A stretch of DNA of 64,000 bases from Ignavibacteria bacterium (GCA_013204605.1 JABMNI010000021.1:6424-70423); one strand, 5' to 3'; positions 31,345-41,864 are shown, counted from the first letter of the stretch. Made by a program: numbers and translations. The notes: a model not told the origin generated them from the letters alone.

Positions 31345-32742
31345 GTGAGGATAAGAGCTAAATTTCGTCGGTTACTCTGCAAAGCATTCATAATAGTCCA
31401 AATTCTGATTCTGCGGTACGAGTTCGCACCTGCGCAGGAGACAATGTTAATTGATGAGTACCTTAAAAGGGTCGAAGAATCACTGCCTTCTCTCAAGTCA
31501 GCCAGCTTTGAACCAGAGTTAGCCGAAGCAGAAATCCGGAATGCACTCGGACGGTTCGACCCAGTGCTAAATGCTGCGTATACCTACAAAAGTTATGGTG
31601 ATGCAGACAAAATAAACCTGCTTAAAGGATCGGTAGATCAGCCCTTGGATATGTTGTTTGGACCAACCTTAAGTGCAACCTACATGCGTGGAATTGGAAC
31701 AAACATTGATCCGCAGAACGCAACCTCACTACCCGGAGAAACTGCTTTAGGACTGACCCTACCGTTATTCCAAGGAATTTTCACAGATCCTCGAAGAAAT
31801 TCACTACGAAAAGCCATGGTTTTACCTGAAATGGCCGACGCACAGTTTCGAATGGAAAGGAATAATGCGTTGCGAGCTGCTGCCGGCAAGTATTTGGATT
31901 GGGTAGAAAAGTATGCTATATCGGAGACCACAGACTCAATATTACAATTGGCAGAACGGCGCATCGAAATGATTTCAAAGCGAATCATTGCTGGTGAATC
32001 CAAAGCCATTGATTCAATCGAAATTCTACAGGAAGTATTAAAGCGAAGGTCTGATAAACTGAATGCTTTGCGTGGTGCTGAACAAGCAGCTGTAGACGCA
32101 TCAGTTTTTTTGTGGAATCGAGATGGCACCCCGATGCTCTCAGCATTCAAACCACAAAATCTTATTCTTTTCAACATGTTGTATGAAACTCCAAGCGATC
32201 CAGTTACGATTGCTAATTCGTCTAGACCCGAATTGAAACGCATTCAAAGTATCCAGTCAATATCTCGTTTAGATAGCTCCTTAGCCATAGAATTTCTTCG
32301 CCCTTTTGTGCAGGCAGACGCGATGTTGATATCTAGCAACTTGGCTTCACTCAGTGCATTAAACTATAAAGTAGGAATTAAGATTTCTCAGCCACTGTTG
32401 TTTAGATCTGCATCTGCCCAATCAGAAATTGCAGATGTTGCAGTTAAAAGGGCGGACCTGACCGTTAAAATGGTTGAACGACAAATTGATGCTGACGTGC
32501 GGAACGCCACAATTGCTCTATCTCGCGCCAAGCAAAGATTTGACATTTTATTGCAAGAAGTAGCAACCGCGAGAATTATGGTAGCCGCCGAACAACGAAA
32601 GTTTTTAATGGGAGATTCCAACCTACTCAACGTGAACCTGAGGGAGAGATTTTTACTTGATGCACAGCTGCGGCAGATAAGTGCAGTGGTGGAAGTACAG
32701 CGCGCCATATATACGATGAAATGGGCATTGGGTCAAATTTAA
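31345..32742 (+). CDS. TolC-like outer membrane efflux protein
   Basis: 465-aa outer membrane factor family with two repeat halves. GTG start one nucleotide after the hlyD stop. Confidence 0.75.
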   Translation: MRIRAKFRRLLCKAFIIVQILILRYEFAPAQETMLIDEYLKRVEESLPSLKSASFEPELAEAEIRNALGRFDPVLNAAYTYKSYGDADKINLLKGSVDQPLDMLFGPTLSATYMRGIGTNIDPQNATSLPGETALGLTLPLFQGIFTDPRRNSLRKAMVLPEMADAQFRMERNNALRAAAGKYLDWVEKYAISETTDSILQLAERRIEMISKRIIAGESKAIDSIEILQEVLKRRSDKLNALRGAEQAAVDASVFLWNRDGTPMLSAFKPQNLILFNMLYETPSDPVTIANSSRPELKRIQSIQSISRLDSSLAIEFLRPFVQADAMLISSNLASLSALNYKVGIKISQPLLFRSASAQSEIADVAVKRADLTVKMVERQIDADVRNATIALSRAKQRFDILLQEVATARIMVAAEQRKFLMGDSNLLNVNLRERFLLDAQLRQISAVVEVQRAIYTMKWALGQI

Positions 32743-32797
32743 CCCTGTATTTAGTGGGTAAATGCAAAGCAAGGGAATTCCAGTACAACCTTTCCCT

Positions 32798-32805
32798 TAT
32801 CTTTG
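32798..32805 (+). promoter_or_regulatory. -7 box TATCTTTG (TATCTTTGTGG) for etfBA
   Basis: Exact recurrent 11-mer 40 nt upstream of the etfB ATG. Confidence 0.45.
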
Positions 32806-32844
32806 TGGCTGTACTCTTAATGAAAATCAATTCAGAACACTAAC

Positions 32845-33591
32845 ATGAAAATCCTTGTTTGCATCTCTCAAGTTCCAGACACCGCCGCAAAAATTGTGGT
32901 AAGTGATGACGGAAAGTCAATAAATTCAACCGGTGTTAAGTATATCCTCAATCCCTACGATGAGTTTGCGATTGAAGAAGGCTTGCGTTTAAAGACACAG
33001 TTTTCCGGTTCTGTTACCACCGTTAATGTTGGTCCAGATTCAGGCAAAGAAATTCTTAGAACGGCGTTAGCAATGGGTTCCGATGCCGCTACCTTGATAA
33101 AAGATGACAATCGGACAGATTCATACTCAGTTGCATTTAACATTGCAGAATACGCCAAAGAATTGCAACCTGACATATTGTTGTTTGGCAGACAGTCTAT
33201 CGACTTCGACTCTTTGCAGTTGCCTTCAATGGTTGCCGAGCTGCTTGGTATGCCTAATATCTCTATGGTTTCGAGTTTGACTATTACTGATTCCACAGTT
33301 GCCGCCGAGCGTGATGTTGAGAGTGGCAAAGAGATAGTAACAACTACATTGCCGTGCGTAATTTCAGCGCAAAAAGGATTGAACGATCCGCGTTACCCAA
33401 AGCTTCCAGATATTATGAAGGCCAAATCGAAACCAATCGAAGAACGATCGGCCGTTACCACTTCAGCTAGAGTCGAAATTGTAAGTATGGAACAACCTGA
33501 GTCTAAGCGTTTGAACAAAATTCTTGGAGATTCCGACGGAGATATTTCTGAACTGGTAAGACTGCTTCATGAGGAAGCTAAGATTATCTGA
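32845..33591 (+). CDS. etfB: Electron transfer flavoprotein beta subunit
   Basis: MKILVCISQVPDT N-terminus, EtfB family. Confidence 0.9.
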   Translation: MKILVCISQVPDTAAKIVVSDDGKSINSTGVKYILNPYDEFAIEEGLRLKTQFSGSVTTVNVGPDSGKEILRTALAMGSDAATLIKDDNRTDSYSVAFNIAEYAKELQPDILLFGRQSIDFDSLQLPSMVAELLGMPNISMVSSLTITDSTVAAERDVESGKEIVTTTLPCVISAQKGLNDPRYPKLPDIMKAKSKPIEERSAVTTSARVEIVSMEQPESKRLNKILGDSDGDISELVRLLHEEAKII

Positions 33592-33642
33592 GCCCCCTTT
33601 CACTTTTAAAATTCATTTTGAAATCCTTTTCGAATTAAACTC

Positions 33643-34602
33643 ATGAACATCTTAGTCTACTTAGAACAAAATCAAAGCGGGCTGCGTCGGTCGTCACTAG
33701 AAGCCCTGACCGCTGCGCGGTTGTTAAATGCAAATAAAGTAGTTGGTTTATTAATCAACGGATCGGCTGAAAACGTGACGAGTGCCGGCCAACACGGTGC
33801 CAATATCGTACTAACAGTTACTAACGATTCTTTAGCAAACTTTCAAAATAGTGTAGTTGCAAATGTTGTTGCACAAGCAGCAAAACATGCTGAATGCACG
33901 AATGTCTTTTTCTCTGCTAACGCCACGGGTAAGGATCTTGCTCCACGCGTTGCTGTTTTGCTAGAGGCCGGTTTGTTGGCTGACTGCGTTAAACTAGAGC
34001 TCGTTTCGGGGACCATCCAAGCCGTGCGTCCGGTGTATGCAGGTAAGGCCAATGCCAAGGTTCGGTGCACCACTCAGAATACTGTAGCAACACTTCGACC
34101 CAATGTTTTCACCGCTCAAAAAGTCGATGGTGGCATAGCTAGTTCGGAATCTTATTCTCCGGAAATTCCAAGTGTTCGCTCAGCCACGGTGAGCAATATT
34201 GTTAGAAACGAAGGTTCGATTGATGTGGCCGAAGCCGACATTGTAGTTTCTGGTGGCAGGGGGCTACGTGGTCCTGAAAATTTTCATTTGATTGAAGAGT
34301 TGGCAAAGAGTCTAGGTGGAGCTGTAGGCGCCTCTCGAGCCGTAGTTGACGCCGGCTGGCGGCCTCACAGAGAGCAGGTTGGGCAAACTGGTAAGACGGT
34401 TTCTCCTAACATGTACGTGGCTTGCGCAATTAGTGGTGCCGTGCAACATTTGGCCGGAATGTCATCGTCAAAAGTAATTGTTGCTATCAACAAGGACAAG
34501 GATGCCCCGATTTTTAAAATAGCCGACTATGGAATTGTTGGTGATGTTTTCGAGGTACTTCCTAAATTGACACTTAAAATTTCGGAAGTTGTAGGTAAAT
34601 AG
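33643..34602 (+). CDS. etfA: Electron transfer flavoprotein alpha subunit
   Basis: EtfA family; FAD-binding C-terminal domain ([10 protein letters not shown]). Confidence 0.9.
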   Translation: MNILVYLEQNQSGLRRSSLEALTAARLLNANKVVGLLINGSAENVTSAGQHGANIVLTVTNDSLANFQNSVVANVVAQAAKHAECTNVFFSANATGKDLAPRVAVLLEAGLLADCVKLELVSGTIQAVRPVYAGKANAKVRCTTQNTVATLRPNVFTAQKVDGGIASSESYSPEIPSVRSATVSNIVRNEGSIDVAEADIVVSGGRGLRGPENFHLIEELAKSLGGAVGASRAVVDAGWRPHREQVGQTGKTVSPNMYVACAISGAVQHLAGMSSSKVIVAINKDKDAPIFKIADYGIVGDVFEVLPKLTLKISEVVGK

Positions 34603-34617
34603 AATTGTAGAACCCAG

Positions 34618-35259
34618 ATGAATAAAGTGCAAGTAGACATATTCGGACTAACAGTTTCTAGTACAAGCCATGGCGCTTATGCCTTGGTGCTGAAAGAGAT
34701 TGATGGTCGTAGGAGAATGCCCATTATTATTGGTGGACCCGAAGCGCAGTCTATTGCAAACGAGATAGAAGGAATTAGAGCACAGAGGCCAATGACGCAT
34801 GACTTGTTGAAGGCAGTAATCGAAGCGTTAGGTGGTCAGTTAAAAGAAGTCGCGATTCTTCAGTTGAAAGAAGGAACTTTTTATGCAACGCTGATTTTCG
34901 AATACTCAAATTTGGAAGTCGATGCCAGACCAAGCGATGCCATAGCACTTGCACTCAGGTTTGGGGTTCCAATTTATGTGTTAGATGAGATTTTAGAAGA
35001 AGCTTCCGTAAGATTTGACGAAGATGATGATGATGATGATAGCGATTCGGCCGATGGCTCGATTCCCGATGATGATGACGATGATGCCGAATCGACTTCA
35101 TTGCCAATTGTAGATGCTTCTGATGAGCCAAAACAACCACTGTCTCTAGCCGAACGGTTGCAACAAGCCCTTCAGGATGCTATTAAGCAAGAAGACTATG
35201 AGAAGGCTGCAAAACTGCGTGATGAGTTGAAGCAGACCTCGAGTAAAAAGTCAAAATGA
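34618..35259 (+). CDS. Bifunctional nuclease (DUF151) domain protein with poly-Asp linker and C-terminal UVR motif
   Basis: BFN fold N-terminus (TSHGAYALVLKEIDGRR...IIIG), a D-rich tract, and a YEKAAKLRDEL UvrB/C-like motif. Confidence 0.6.
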   Translation: MNKVQVDIFGLTVSSTSHGAYALVLKEIDGRRRMPIIIGGPEAQSIANEIEGIRAQRPMTHDLLKAVIEALGGQLKEVAILQLKEGTFYATLIFEYSNLEVDARPSDAIALALRFGVPIYVLDEILEEASVRFDEDDDDDDSDSADGSIPDDDDDDAESTSLPIVDASDEPKQPLSLAERLQQALQDAIKQEDYEKAAKLRDELKQTSSKKSK

Positions 35260-35303
35260 CAGAATCAACCAACAATCAAATTTATTAGTTACGTTTTGCT
35301 GCG

Positions 35304-35311
35304 TATCTTTG
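35304..35311 (+). promoter_or_regulatory. -7 box TATCTTTG (TATCTTTGTGG) for tRNA-Met
   Basis: 10 nt upstream of the tRNA 5' end. Confidence 0.45.
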
Positions 35312-35321
35312 TGGCCGTTTT

Positions 35322-35398
35322 GCCGGAGTAGCTCAGGTGGTTAGAGCAATGGAATCATAATCCATGTGTCGGGGGTTCAAGTCCCTCCTCCGGTACCA
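35322..35398 (+). tRNA. tRNA-Met (anticodon CAT); could instead be tRNA-Ile2 (lysidine)
   Basis: Cloverleaf by eye: acceptor GCCGGAG/CTCCGGT, D arm GCTC-AGGTGGTTA-GAGC, anticodon arm ATGGA-ATCATAA-TCCAT, T arm GGGGG-TTCAAGT-CCCTC, encoded CCA. The TTCAAGTCC T-loop resembles Ile2-type tRNAs. Confidence 0.85.
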
Positions 35399-35403
35399 AT
35401 TAA

Positions 35404-35427
35404 GTCAGGAATTTCCTGGCTTTTTTT
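35404..35427 (+). terminator. Rho-independent terminator after tRNA
   Basis: GTCAGGA-ATT-TCCTGGC hairpin followed by T7. Confidence 0.5.
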
Positions 35428-35446
35428 GTATCTACTCCCAGGCACC

Positions 35447-37237
35447 TCATTTGTACATAGCCTCAATCTGGACTGAATATCGCTCCAGTACTGCCTTTCT
35501 GCGAACCTTCAACGTTGGCGTAAGCATGTCATTCTCCACTGTGAACGGTTCCGACAGTAACACAAAACGTCGCACCCGCTCATACTTTGCCAGTTCTCGT
35601 TGCAACTGCATCAAATCTAGTTCGACGGCTTTTCGTAATTCGTCCGAGCGAACAGCCAGTGCCAGCGAAGGAGCAGAAAGCCCCTTACCAGAATACCAAT
35701 CTTTCACGGCATCGGCGTTCACAACTAGGAGTGCAGTGCAAAACTCCCGTCTATCCCCTATTAGCACAGCTTGGTCAACCAGTTGGCTCTTGGTGAGTAC
35801 CGATTCTATTGGCAAGGGGGCTATGTTTTTCCCGCCCGAGGATATTAGTAGGTGCTTTTTACGATCGGTGATTTTGAGTCGACCTCGGTCGTCAAACTCG
35901 CCAATATCACCGGTTAACAACCAGCCATCGGTTGTAACTGCCTCTCTGGTGGAGGCCTCGTCCTTCCAGTAGCCCATCATAATGTTCGGACCGCGTGCAA
36001 GGATTTCTCCATCGTCGGCGATCTTTAACTCTACATTCGAAATGGGTTGGCCAACGGTTCCCAGCTTTTCGTCTCCAATTCGATTTACACACAACACCGG
36101 CGACGATTCCGTTAAGCCATAACCTTCAAGAATTGTTATGCCGATTATCTTAAAAAACTCCCCTACAGAGACATTAAGTGCGGCACCACCCGATGCAAAA
36201 AATCTGAGTCTTCCACCGGTGCGAGCTCTAATTTTCGAAAACACCAATGAATCAGCCAGCTTGTACTGAAAACTTGCCAGCATACCATGTTTTCCATTCA
36301 CATAGTTACGGCCAACGTTAAAAGCCCAGTTGAAAACTTTTTGTTTTAGAATACTTTCTTTCTTTGCGGCCGATAAAACGCGCATCTGAATTCTTTCAAA
36401 AAGTCTCGGCACCGAGGTCATAACTGTTGGTCTTATCTCACGCATATTCTCGGCTACAGTTTCAATAGATTCGGCTATGAAGGTCGAGGCACCTCTACAA
36501 AACGCTAGATAATATCCACCCATTCTTTCGTACGAGTGACACGTGGGGAGGTAGGAGAGGAACACATCGGTATCATCGACGGCCAGAATTTCCATAACTC
36601 CACTGATGTTTGCCGTGATATTGCTGTGGGAAAGCATCACGCCTTTTGGATTTCCCGTGGTTCCGCTCGTGTAGATTATCGTTAACAGATCATCAGCGTT
36701 CACATGGTTTGCCATTGTTTCAAACTTTTCCGATCTCACTATAGGAGAATAGGAATTTTTACCAGCTTGAATTACACTTTCGAAAGTCATAATGTTGCTG
36801 TTCAATTCAGAATCTGAATTCATCATGATAATTGTCTTGAGGCTTGGAATTTCATCCCAAACCGAAAGCAATTTTTCTAACTGATTCTTGTTAGATACGA
36901 TCACACATGTTGCCTGACAGTTGTTAAATATGTAGGCTTCTTGTTTGTTAGTCAGCGTAGGAAATATTGGAACATCTACTGCACCCATGGCCGTGATGGC
37001 GAAGTCTGCAATCACCCATTCCAATCTATTCTCACTTACAATACCAACGCGGTCACCAGGCACTATTCCATACTTCAACAACCCAAACGCAAAGCACTCC
37101 ACCTGCTCGCGCAGTTCATCATGAGAAGTGTTTACCCAAGTGCCATTGAGCTTTTTCGAAAAAGCTACTTTGGATTTCTTGCCTTTGAATCTGTCACAAA
37201 CGCTGAGAAACATTTTGGGAATAGTGTTTGGCATCAT
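35447..37237 (-). CDS. fadD: Long-chain-fatty-acid--CoA ligase (AMP-dependent synthetase)
   Basis: AMP-binding motif IIYTSGTTGNPKGVMLSH; 596 aa. Confidence 0.82.
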   Translation of the reverse strand: MMPNTIPKMFLSVCDRFKGKKSKVAFSKKLNGTWVNTSHDELREQVECFAFGLLKYGIVPGDRVGIVSENRLEWVIADFAITAMGAVDVPIFPTLTNKQEAYIFNNCQATCVIVSNKNQLEKLLSVWDEIPSLKTIIMMNSDSELNSNIMTFESVIQAGKNSYSPIVRSEKFETMANHVNADDLLTIIYTSGTTGNPKGVMLSHSNITANISGVMEILAVDDTDVFLSYLPTCHSYERMGGYYLAFCRGASTFIAESIETVAENMREIRPTVMTSVPRLFERIQMRVLSAAKKESILKQKVFNWAFNVGRNYVNGKHGMLASFQYKLADSLVFSKIRARTGGRLRFFASGGAALNVSVGEFFKIIGITILEGYGLTESSPVLCVNRIGDEKLGTVGQPISNVELKIADDGEILARGPNIMMGYWKDEASTREAVTTDGWLLTGDIGEFDDRGRLKITDRKKHLLISSGGKNIAPLPIESVLTKSQLVDQAVLIGDRREFCTALLVVNADAVKDWYSGKGLSAPSLALAVRSDELRKAVELDLMQLQRELAKYERVRRFVLLSEPFTVENDMLTPTLKVRRKAVLERYSVQIEAMYK

Positions 37238-37283
37238 AACTCACTCCAAGTGTGCGATTCAACAATATGCCAAAACTATGGCG

Positions 37284-39227
37284 TTAGTCAAAGAAAGACC
37301 ACGTAACTGATAATCTGAGATCTCTAACTATCTCGGGGTTAATCGCCGTTGAATACCAACGCTGAGCAAGGATATTTTCATACGAAATCTTCACACTTGC
37401 ATTTCCTAGCACTGCTAACAAAAACACATCCATTCCGCTGCTCGCCCAATTTTGCTGCTGTACAGGTTGAATGAACGTCCATGTTAAAGGTACATATTGG
37501 GACGAATTCATAGGCGAAACTAGAACGCCGCGAACCCCCAATTTAATTTCACTTGTACCTACCCTATACACATAGGCGGCATATGCATCTGTATACAACA
37601 ATGGGAATATTTTATCATCCAAATTCTGCGTTCTTGAATATGAAAAGCGAGCGTTCGCCTTAATCTCGAGAAAACTGTTTTGCCAAAGTCCTGAAACATT
37701 GACCCCTGAAACAAATGCCGCACCGCCATTTGAAGTGGTTGTTGCGGTAATCAATTGCAATGAATCTCGGTTAGATTGAGTCGATAAAACATTTTGTATG
37801 CTTCGCACAAATATCGATCCTTCAAACTTTACGTCCGATGTTTTTGCGTTCACCGTAATCGATCCCAACAAATGATCCTCAGGCAAAAGTTGAATACCCT
37901 GCGTAGCCTGTGGTGCATATTGGGCGTAACTAAAGTCGAAAATTACATTTGACTTCGGGGTCCAAGCGTACGTACCGTTTATACCACCTCCAAACAACAA
38001 TCTGTCCCAGTTCATTTGAACTCTTCCCGCGGCAGACAAAACAAAATCGGAAATTCCTTTATACCCAAAATGGAAAAAAGTCTGCGGTTGACAATTGGTT
38101 TGCGCTGATGTATACGGCGTTTCGTTAACGGTACTGTAGTCAAGTCCTCCGCCTAATTTCAAGTTGAAGTTAGAGTTATTCAACTCATAACGGACCAACA
38201 CTCCACCGTGAATACCCCTAAACGTAACATCATTGCCAGTATCGACAAAGCCTATTCTAATTGTACTATCTCGAATGCGAAGCATATTGTCGATGCTTCC
38301 ATACGCCAGCATAGATAATACTTTCGACGAATCAGGATTTAAGAGGTGAATGAGATTCAACGTTAAATCATGTCTACGAGATTGGTCTTGCAATTTTAGA
38401 AAAACTGGCTGCGCCAGGCTCTCTGATTGAGTTTCTAGCGGCGTAACGGTGCGCAGTCCGCCCCACATGCCCGAGTTAGCCGACGTAAGTTGATATGTCA
38501 ACAAACCCTGAGTTTGTGCCGTAAATGCAACTCTCACAGCCGATCTGATATTCCAAATATCGAAGTGAGTGTTGAGATATCGTCCGTTTGCACCAGTACG
38601 CCTTATCCCCACCGATACGTTGGTCTTCTTTGAAATGTTTTGCGCCAACGCAACATCAGCTGCAATGAAATCACCGCCGCCTTGCGCGTACCAAAAAGCC
38701 GTGTACGGAGTGGCGGTGTTAAATCGCATTGACTGCAGATTTATCGACTGTTGTGTAAGTGTAGATGCCAAACCTATTGCGTGCGTGCCCGTAAGCAGCT
38801 GCGTTGTCTCCAATCCATCTACTGCTACGTGTTCCAAATTGTACTGTCCGTTCCATGGATCGAACACCGATCTTCCATCCATGCTAACGGATTGATTCGC
38901 AACGTTACTCCCGAATATCGAGACCGCGTTGTATTGTCCGAATCCACCTTGCGACATAGGGAGGAACGGTGAGTGCCTAATCATTGCATCCGGCAGCGAC
39001 CTGTACTGAACACCCCGCCTGTCTTTTTTGGTGAGCTCGTAGGATATCGGAATTTCGGAAAAGCCCGTTCGTCCCAACGACCAAAACGGCACGATAAGCG
39101 AGTCTGTAAGGGGCTTACTATGCTTGGGGTCAGCTCCAATTTGCCCCTTCACATTCACTGAAAAGCAGAGCATAAAAAAACAGGCAGATACTATTGTACC
39201 TGCCTGTATGGATTTGAAAATATTCAT
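37284..39227 (-). CDS. Outer-membrane beta-barrel protein (unknown family)
   Basis: The likely start is the internal Met at 39227 (MNIFKSIQAGTIVSACFFMLCFSVNVKGQ, a signal peptide), because the ORF 5' end overlaps the gyrA 3' end. Alternating amphipathic beta strands and aromatic-rich composition. Directly upstream of fadD. Confidence 0.4.
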   Translation of the reverse strand: MNIFKSIQAGTIVSACFFMLCFSVNVKGQIGADPKHSKPLTDSLIVPFWSLGRTGFSEIPISYELTKKDRRGVQYRSLPDAMIRHSPFLPMSQGGFGQYNAVSIFGSNVANQSVSMDGRSVFDPWNGQYNLEHVAVDGLETTQLLTGTHAIGLASTLTQQSINLQSMRFNTATPYTAFWYAQGGGDFIAADVALAQNISKKTNVSVGIRRTGANGRYLNTHFDIWNIRSAVRVAFTAQTQGLLTYQLTSANSGMWGGLRTVTPLETQSESLAQPVFLKLQDQSRRHDLTLNLIHLLNPDSSKVLSMLAYGSIDNMLRIRDSTIRIGFVDTGNDVTFRGIHGGVLVRYELNNSNFNLKLGGGLDYSTVNETPYTSAQTNCQPQTFFHFGYKGISDFVLSAAGRVQMNWDRLLFGGGINGTYAWTPKSNVIFDFSYAQYAPQATQGIQLLPEDHLLGSITVNAKTSDVKFEGSIFVRSIQNVLSTQSNRDSLQLITATTTSNGGAAFVSGVNVSGLWQNSFLEIKANARFSYSRTQNLDDKIFPLLYTDAYAAYVYRVGTSEIKLGVRGVLVSPMNSSQYVPLTWTFIQPVQQQNWASSGMDVFLLAVLGNASVKISYENILAQRWYSTAINPEIVRDLRLSVTWSFFD

Positions 39228-39246
39228 CGTGGAGACTTTAGAAATC

Positions 39247-41733
39247 TTACGATTCAGTCGGTGGATTCTCAGGAGATTCCGCCGTTGGATTCTCAGGAGA
39301 TTCCGGTCCGGTTTCACCGTCTACAATCTCTTCATCTTCATCTCTTGTTACAGTTGTAATATCGGCAATCTGGTCGCCCTCTTCCAGTCTGATTAGACGA
39401 ACACCTTGAGTGTTTCTGCCCAGCACTCGGATATCTTTCACTTGCTGACGGATTAGAATACCATTGGTGGTAATCACAATCAAGTCATTCAAGTCACTTA
39501 CTTCCAAGATTGCGCAAATGTTACCCGTTTTCTCGGTGGTGTTCATTGCAATAACACCCTTGGCACCACGCTTGGTCATACGGAAGTCTTCAACTACCGT
39601 GCGCTTCCCATAGCCCCTTTCACCAACAACAATCACCTGCGCATCAGCGTGGCGGACTGCAGTAAGCGAAATAACTTCATGACCTTTTAGCAACGAGATT
39701 CCACGAACACCGGCGGCAGTTCTACCCATGCTTCGAACGTCTGTTTCATGGAAACGGACGGCAATTCCGTTGCTCGCGCCGATCAAAATGTTGTAGTTAC
39801 CATCGGTCAACCTTGCAGCAATCAATCTGTCATCATCTTTCAAGCCAAGAGCGATGATTCCATTTGCACGCACATTCGCAAAATCTCGAACGGCGGTTTT
39901 CTTGACCGTACCCAATTTAGTGGCCATGAAAATGTACGAGTCATCAACATCAAAATCTGTAACAGCTAAATATGCCGTTACTTTTTCATCAGCTTGCTTT
40001 TGGATAACGTTGGCTAGTGAACGGCCCTTGGCGTTTCGTGAGCCCTCTGGGATATCGTACACTTTAACCCTGTACACTCTACCGAGATCCGTAAAGAACA
40101 ACAAGTAGTGGTGGGTTGAGGCTCTGAACACGGTTTCTACATAATCATCATCATACGTTCCAGCTCCACTAACACCACGCCCGCCTTTATGCTGACGGCG
40201 ATACGTAGTAACAGGGGTGCGTTTGATGTACCCATTGTGTGAAATCGTGACAATTACTTCTTCGTTGGCAATCATGTCTTCAAGAGTGAAGTCACGTGCA
40301 TCATGCACTACTTGCGTGCGACGCTCATCGCCATACTTTTCAACAAGGGTTCTAAGTTCTTCCAGAATAATTTGCATTTGCAATTCTGGCGAAGCCAAGA
40401 TTCCACGAAGTCGTTCGATTGTTTCAATCAGTTCACGGTATTCAGCTTGAATTTTCTCGCGCTCAAGTCCGGTAAGACGTTGCAAACGCATGTCAAGAAT
40501 TGCTTTGGCTTGAATTTCGCTCAAACCAAACTGCTTTTGCAATCTTTCGGAAGCTGTGGCTGCGTCTTTAGAAGCTCGGATTGTCTTGATAACTTCTTCA
40601 ATGTTATCTAGCGCAATTATGAAACCTTCTAAAATGTGGGCACGCTTTTCAGCGGCATCTAGTTCAAATTTTGTCCGACGGATAATTACGTTATTGCGGT
40701 GCTTTACGAATTCCTCGATCATCTCTTTAAGAGTCAAGATTCGAGGGCGTCCGTTAACCAACGAAAGCAAAATGCAACCGAAGGTCACCTGCATTTGAGT
40801 GTGCTTATACAGATTATTTAACACAACCATAGGAATTGCATCACGCTTCAATTCGATTACGATGCGCATTCCATCGCGGTCTGACTCATCGCGAATGTCA
40901 GAAATATCTTCTAGACTTTTCGCTTTAACAAGGTCGGCAATCTTCTCAATCAGATTTGCCTTACCAACCTGGTATGGCAATTCAGTAATTACAATGCTCT
41001 CACGGTTCAGCTTATTCGTCTCAATTGAAGCCTTAGCACGAACCTGAATCTTGCCCCGACCGGCAGTGTAAGCGCTTCTAACACCTTCGTACCCGTAAAT
41101 AATTCCACCAGTAGGAAAATCTGGTGCAGTTACATACTGTAGCAACTCTTCATTTGTGATATCTGGCTGACGTATCACGGCCTCAATACCGGCACCAATT
41201 TCACGCAGGTTATTCGGCGGAATATTTGTTGCCATTCCAACCGCAATTCCATTTGCACCATTCACCAGCAAGGCTGGCAAAACCGTAGGCAGAACAGTAG
41301 GCTCTTGCAGTGAATCGTCGAAGTTCGATTTGAAATCGACCGTGTTTTTATCAATGTCACGCAAAACTTCAGTTGCTAGCCAAGACATCCTAGTCTCGGT
41401 GTAACGCATCGCCGCGGGAGAATCACCATCGATCGATCCGAAGTTTCCCTGGCCATCTACCAAGGGGTAACGCATAGACCAGGGTTGGGCAAGCCTAACC
41501 ATGGCGTCGTATACAGCGCTATCGCCGTGCGGGTGAAACTTTCCTAGAACTTCACCAACAATACGAGCACTCTTTTTGTACGGACGATTGGGCGACATCC
41601 CAAGCTCGTACATAGCGTAGAGTATACGGCGGTGTACGGGTTTCAGACCATCGCGAACATCCGGCAGAGCGCGTGAAACAATAACTGACATGGAATAATC
41701 GAGATACGAATCGCGCATCTCGTCTTCCATCAT
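39247..41733 (-). CDS. gyrA: DNA gyrase subunit A
   Basis: [37 protein letters not shown], the GyrA CTD beta-pinwheel, and an acidic repeat tail (ESPENP x2). Confidence 0.95.
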   Translation of the reverse strand: MMEDEMRDSYLDYSMSVIVSRALPDVRDGLKPVHRRILYAMYELGMSPNRPYKKSARIVGEVLGKFHPHGDSAVYDAMVRLAQPWSMRYPLVDGQGNFGSIDGDSPAAMRYTETRMSWLATEVLRDIDKNTVDFKSNFDDSLQEPTVLPTVLPALLVNGANGIAVGMATNIPPNNLREIGAGIEAVIRQPDITNEELLQYVTAPDFPTGGIIYGYEGVRSAYTAGRGKIQVRAKASIETNKLNRESIVITELPYQVGKANLIEKIADLVKAKSLEDISDIRDESDRDGMRIVIELKRDAIPMVVLNNLYKHTQMQVTFGCILLSLVNGRPRILTLKEMIEEFVKHRNNVIIRRTKFELDAAEKRAHILEGFIIALDNIEEVIKTIRASKDAATASERLQKQFGLSEIQAKAILDMRLQRLTGLEREKIQAEYRELIETIERLRGILASPELQMQIILEELRTLVEKYGDERRTQVVHDARDFTLEDMIANEEVIVTISHNGYIKRTPVTTYRRQHKGGRGVSGAGTYDDDYVETVFRASTHHYLLFFTDLGRVYRVKVYDIPEGSRNAKGRSLANVIQKQADEKVTAYLAVTDFDVDDSYIFMATKLGTVKKTAVRDFANVRANGIIALGLKDDDRLIAARLTDGNYNILIGASNGIAVRFHETDVRSMGRTAAGVRGISLLKGHEVISLTAVRHADAQVIVVGERGYGKRTVVEDFRMTKRGAKGVIAMNTTEKTGNICAILEVSDLNDLIVITTNGILIRQQVKDIRVLGRNTQGVRLIRLEEGDQIADITTVTRDEDEEIVDGETGPESPENPTAESPENPPTES

Positions 41734-41829
41734 GACGGGTAAAATCTTTTCGTTTAACAGAGCTATTTCCCTAACTAGGTGAGCTTCAGTGGATGGCGCT
41801 ATGTTGAAATTGAGCGCTCATTGAAGCTT

Positions 41830-41837
41830 CAAAAATA
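41830..41837 (-). promoter_or_regulatory. -7 box TATTTTTG for gyrA
   Basis: TAnnTTTG on the minus strand about 95 nt upstream of the gyrA ATG. Confidence 0.35.
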
Positions 41838-41864
41838 CGGAAAAAAATCGACACTTTTAAGGGT

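Noticed and set aside
35322-35398. Calling the CAT tRNA an initiator tRNA-fMet
   Set aside because: Position 1-72 is a G-U pair rather than the C-A mismatch, and the anticodon stem lacks the three consecutive G-C pairs typical of initiators. It is an elongator Met or lysidine-Ile2 type.
39247-39320. A 19-21 bp direct repeat (GGATTCTCAGGAGATTCCG x2) that could be mistaken for a repeat array
   Set aside because: It lies inside the gyrA 3' end and simply encodes the duplicated acidic ESPENP peptide of the GyrA tail. There are no spacers and no cas genes.
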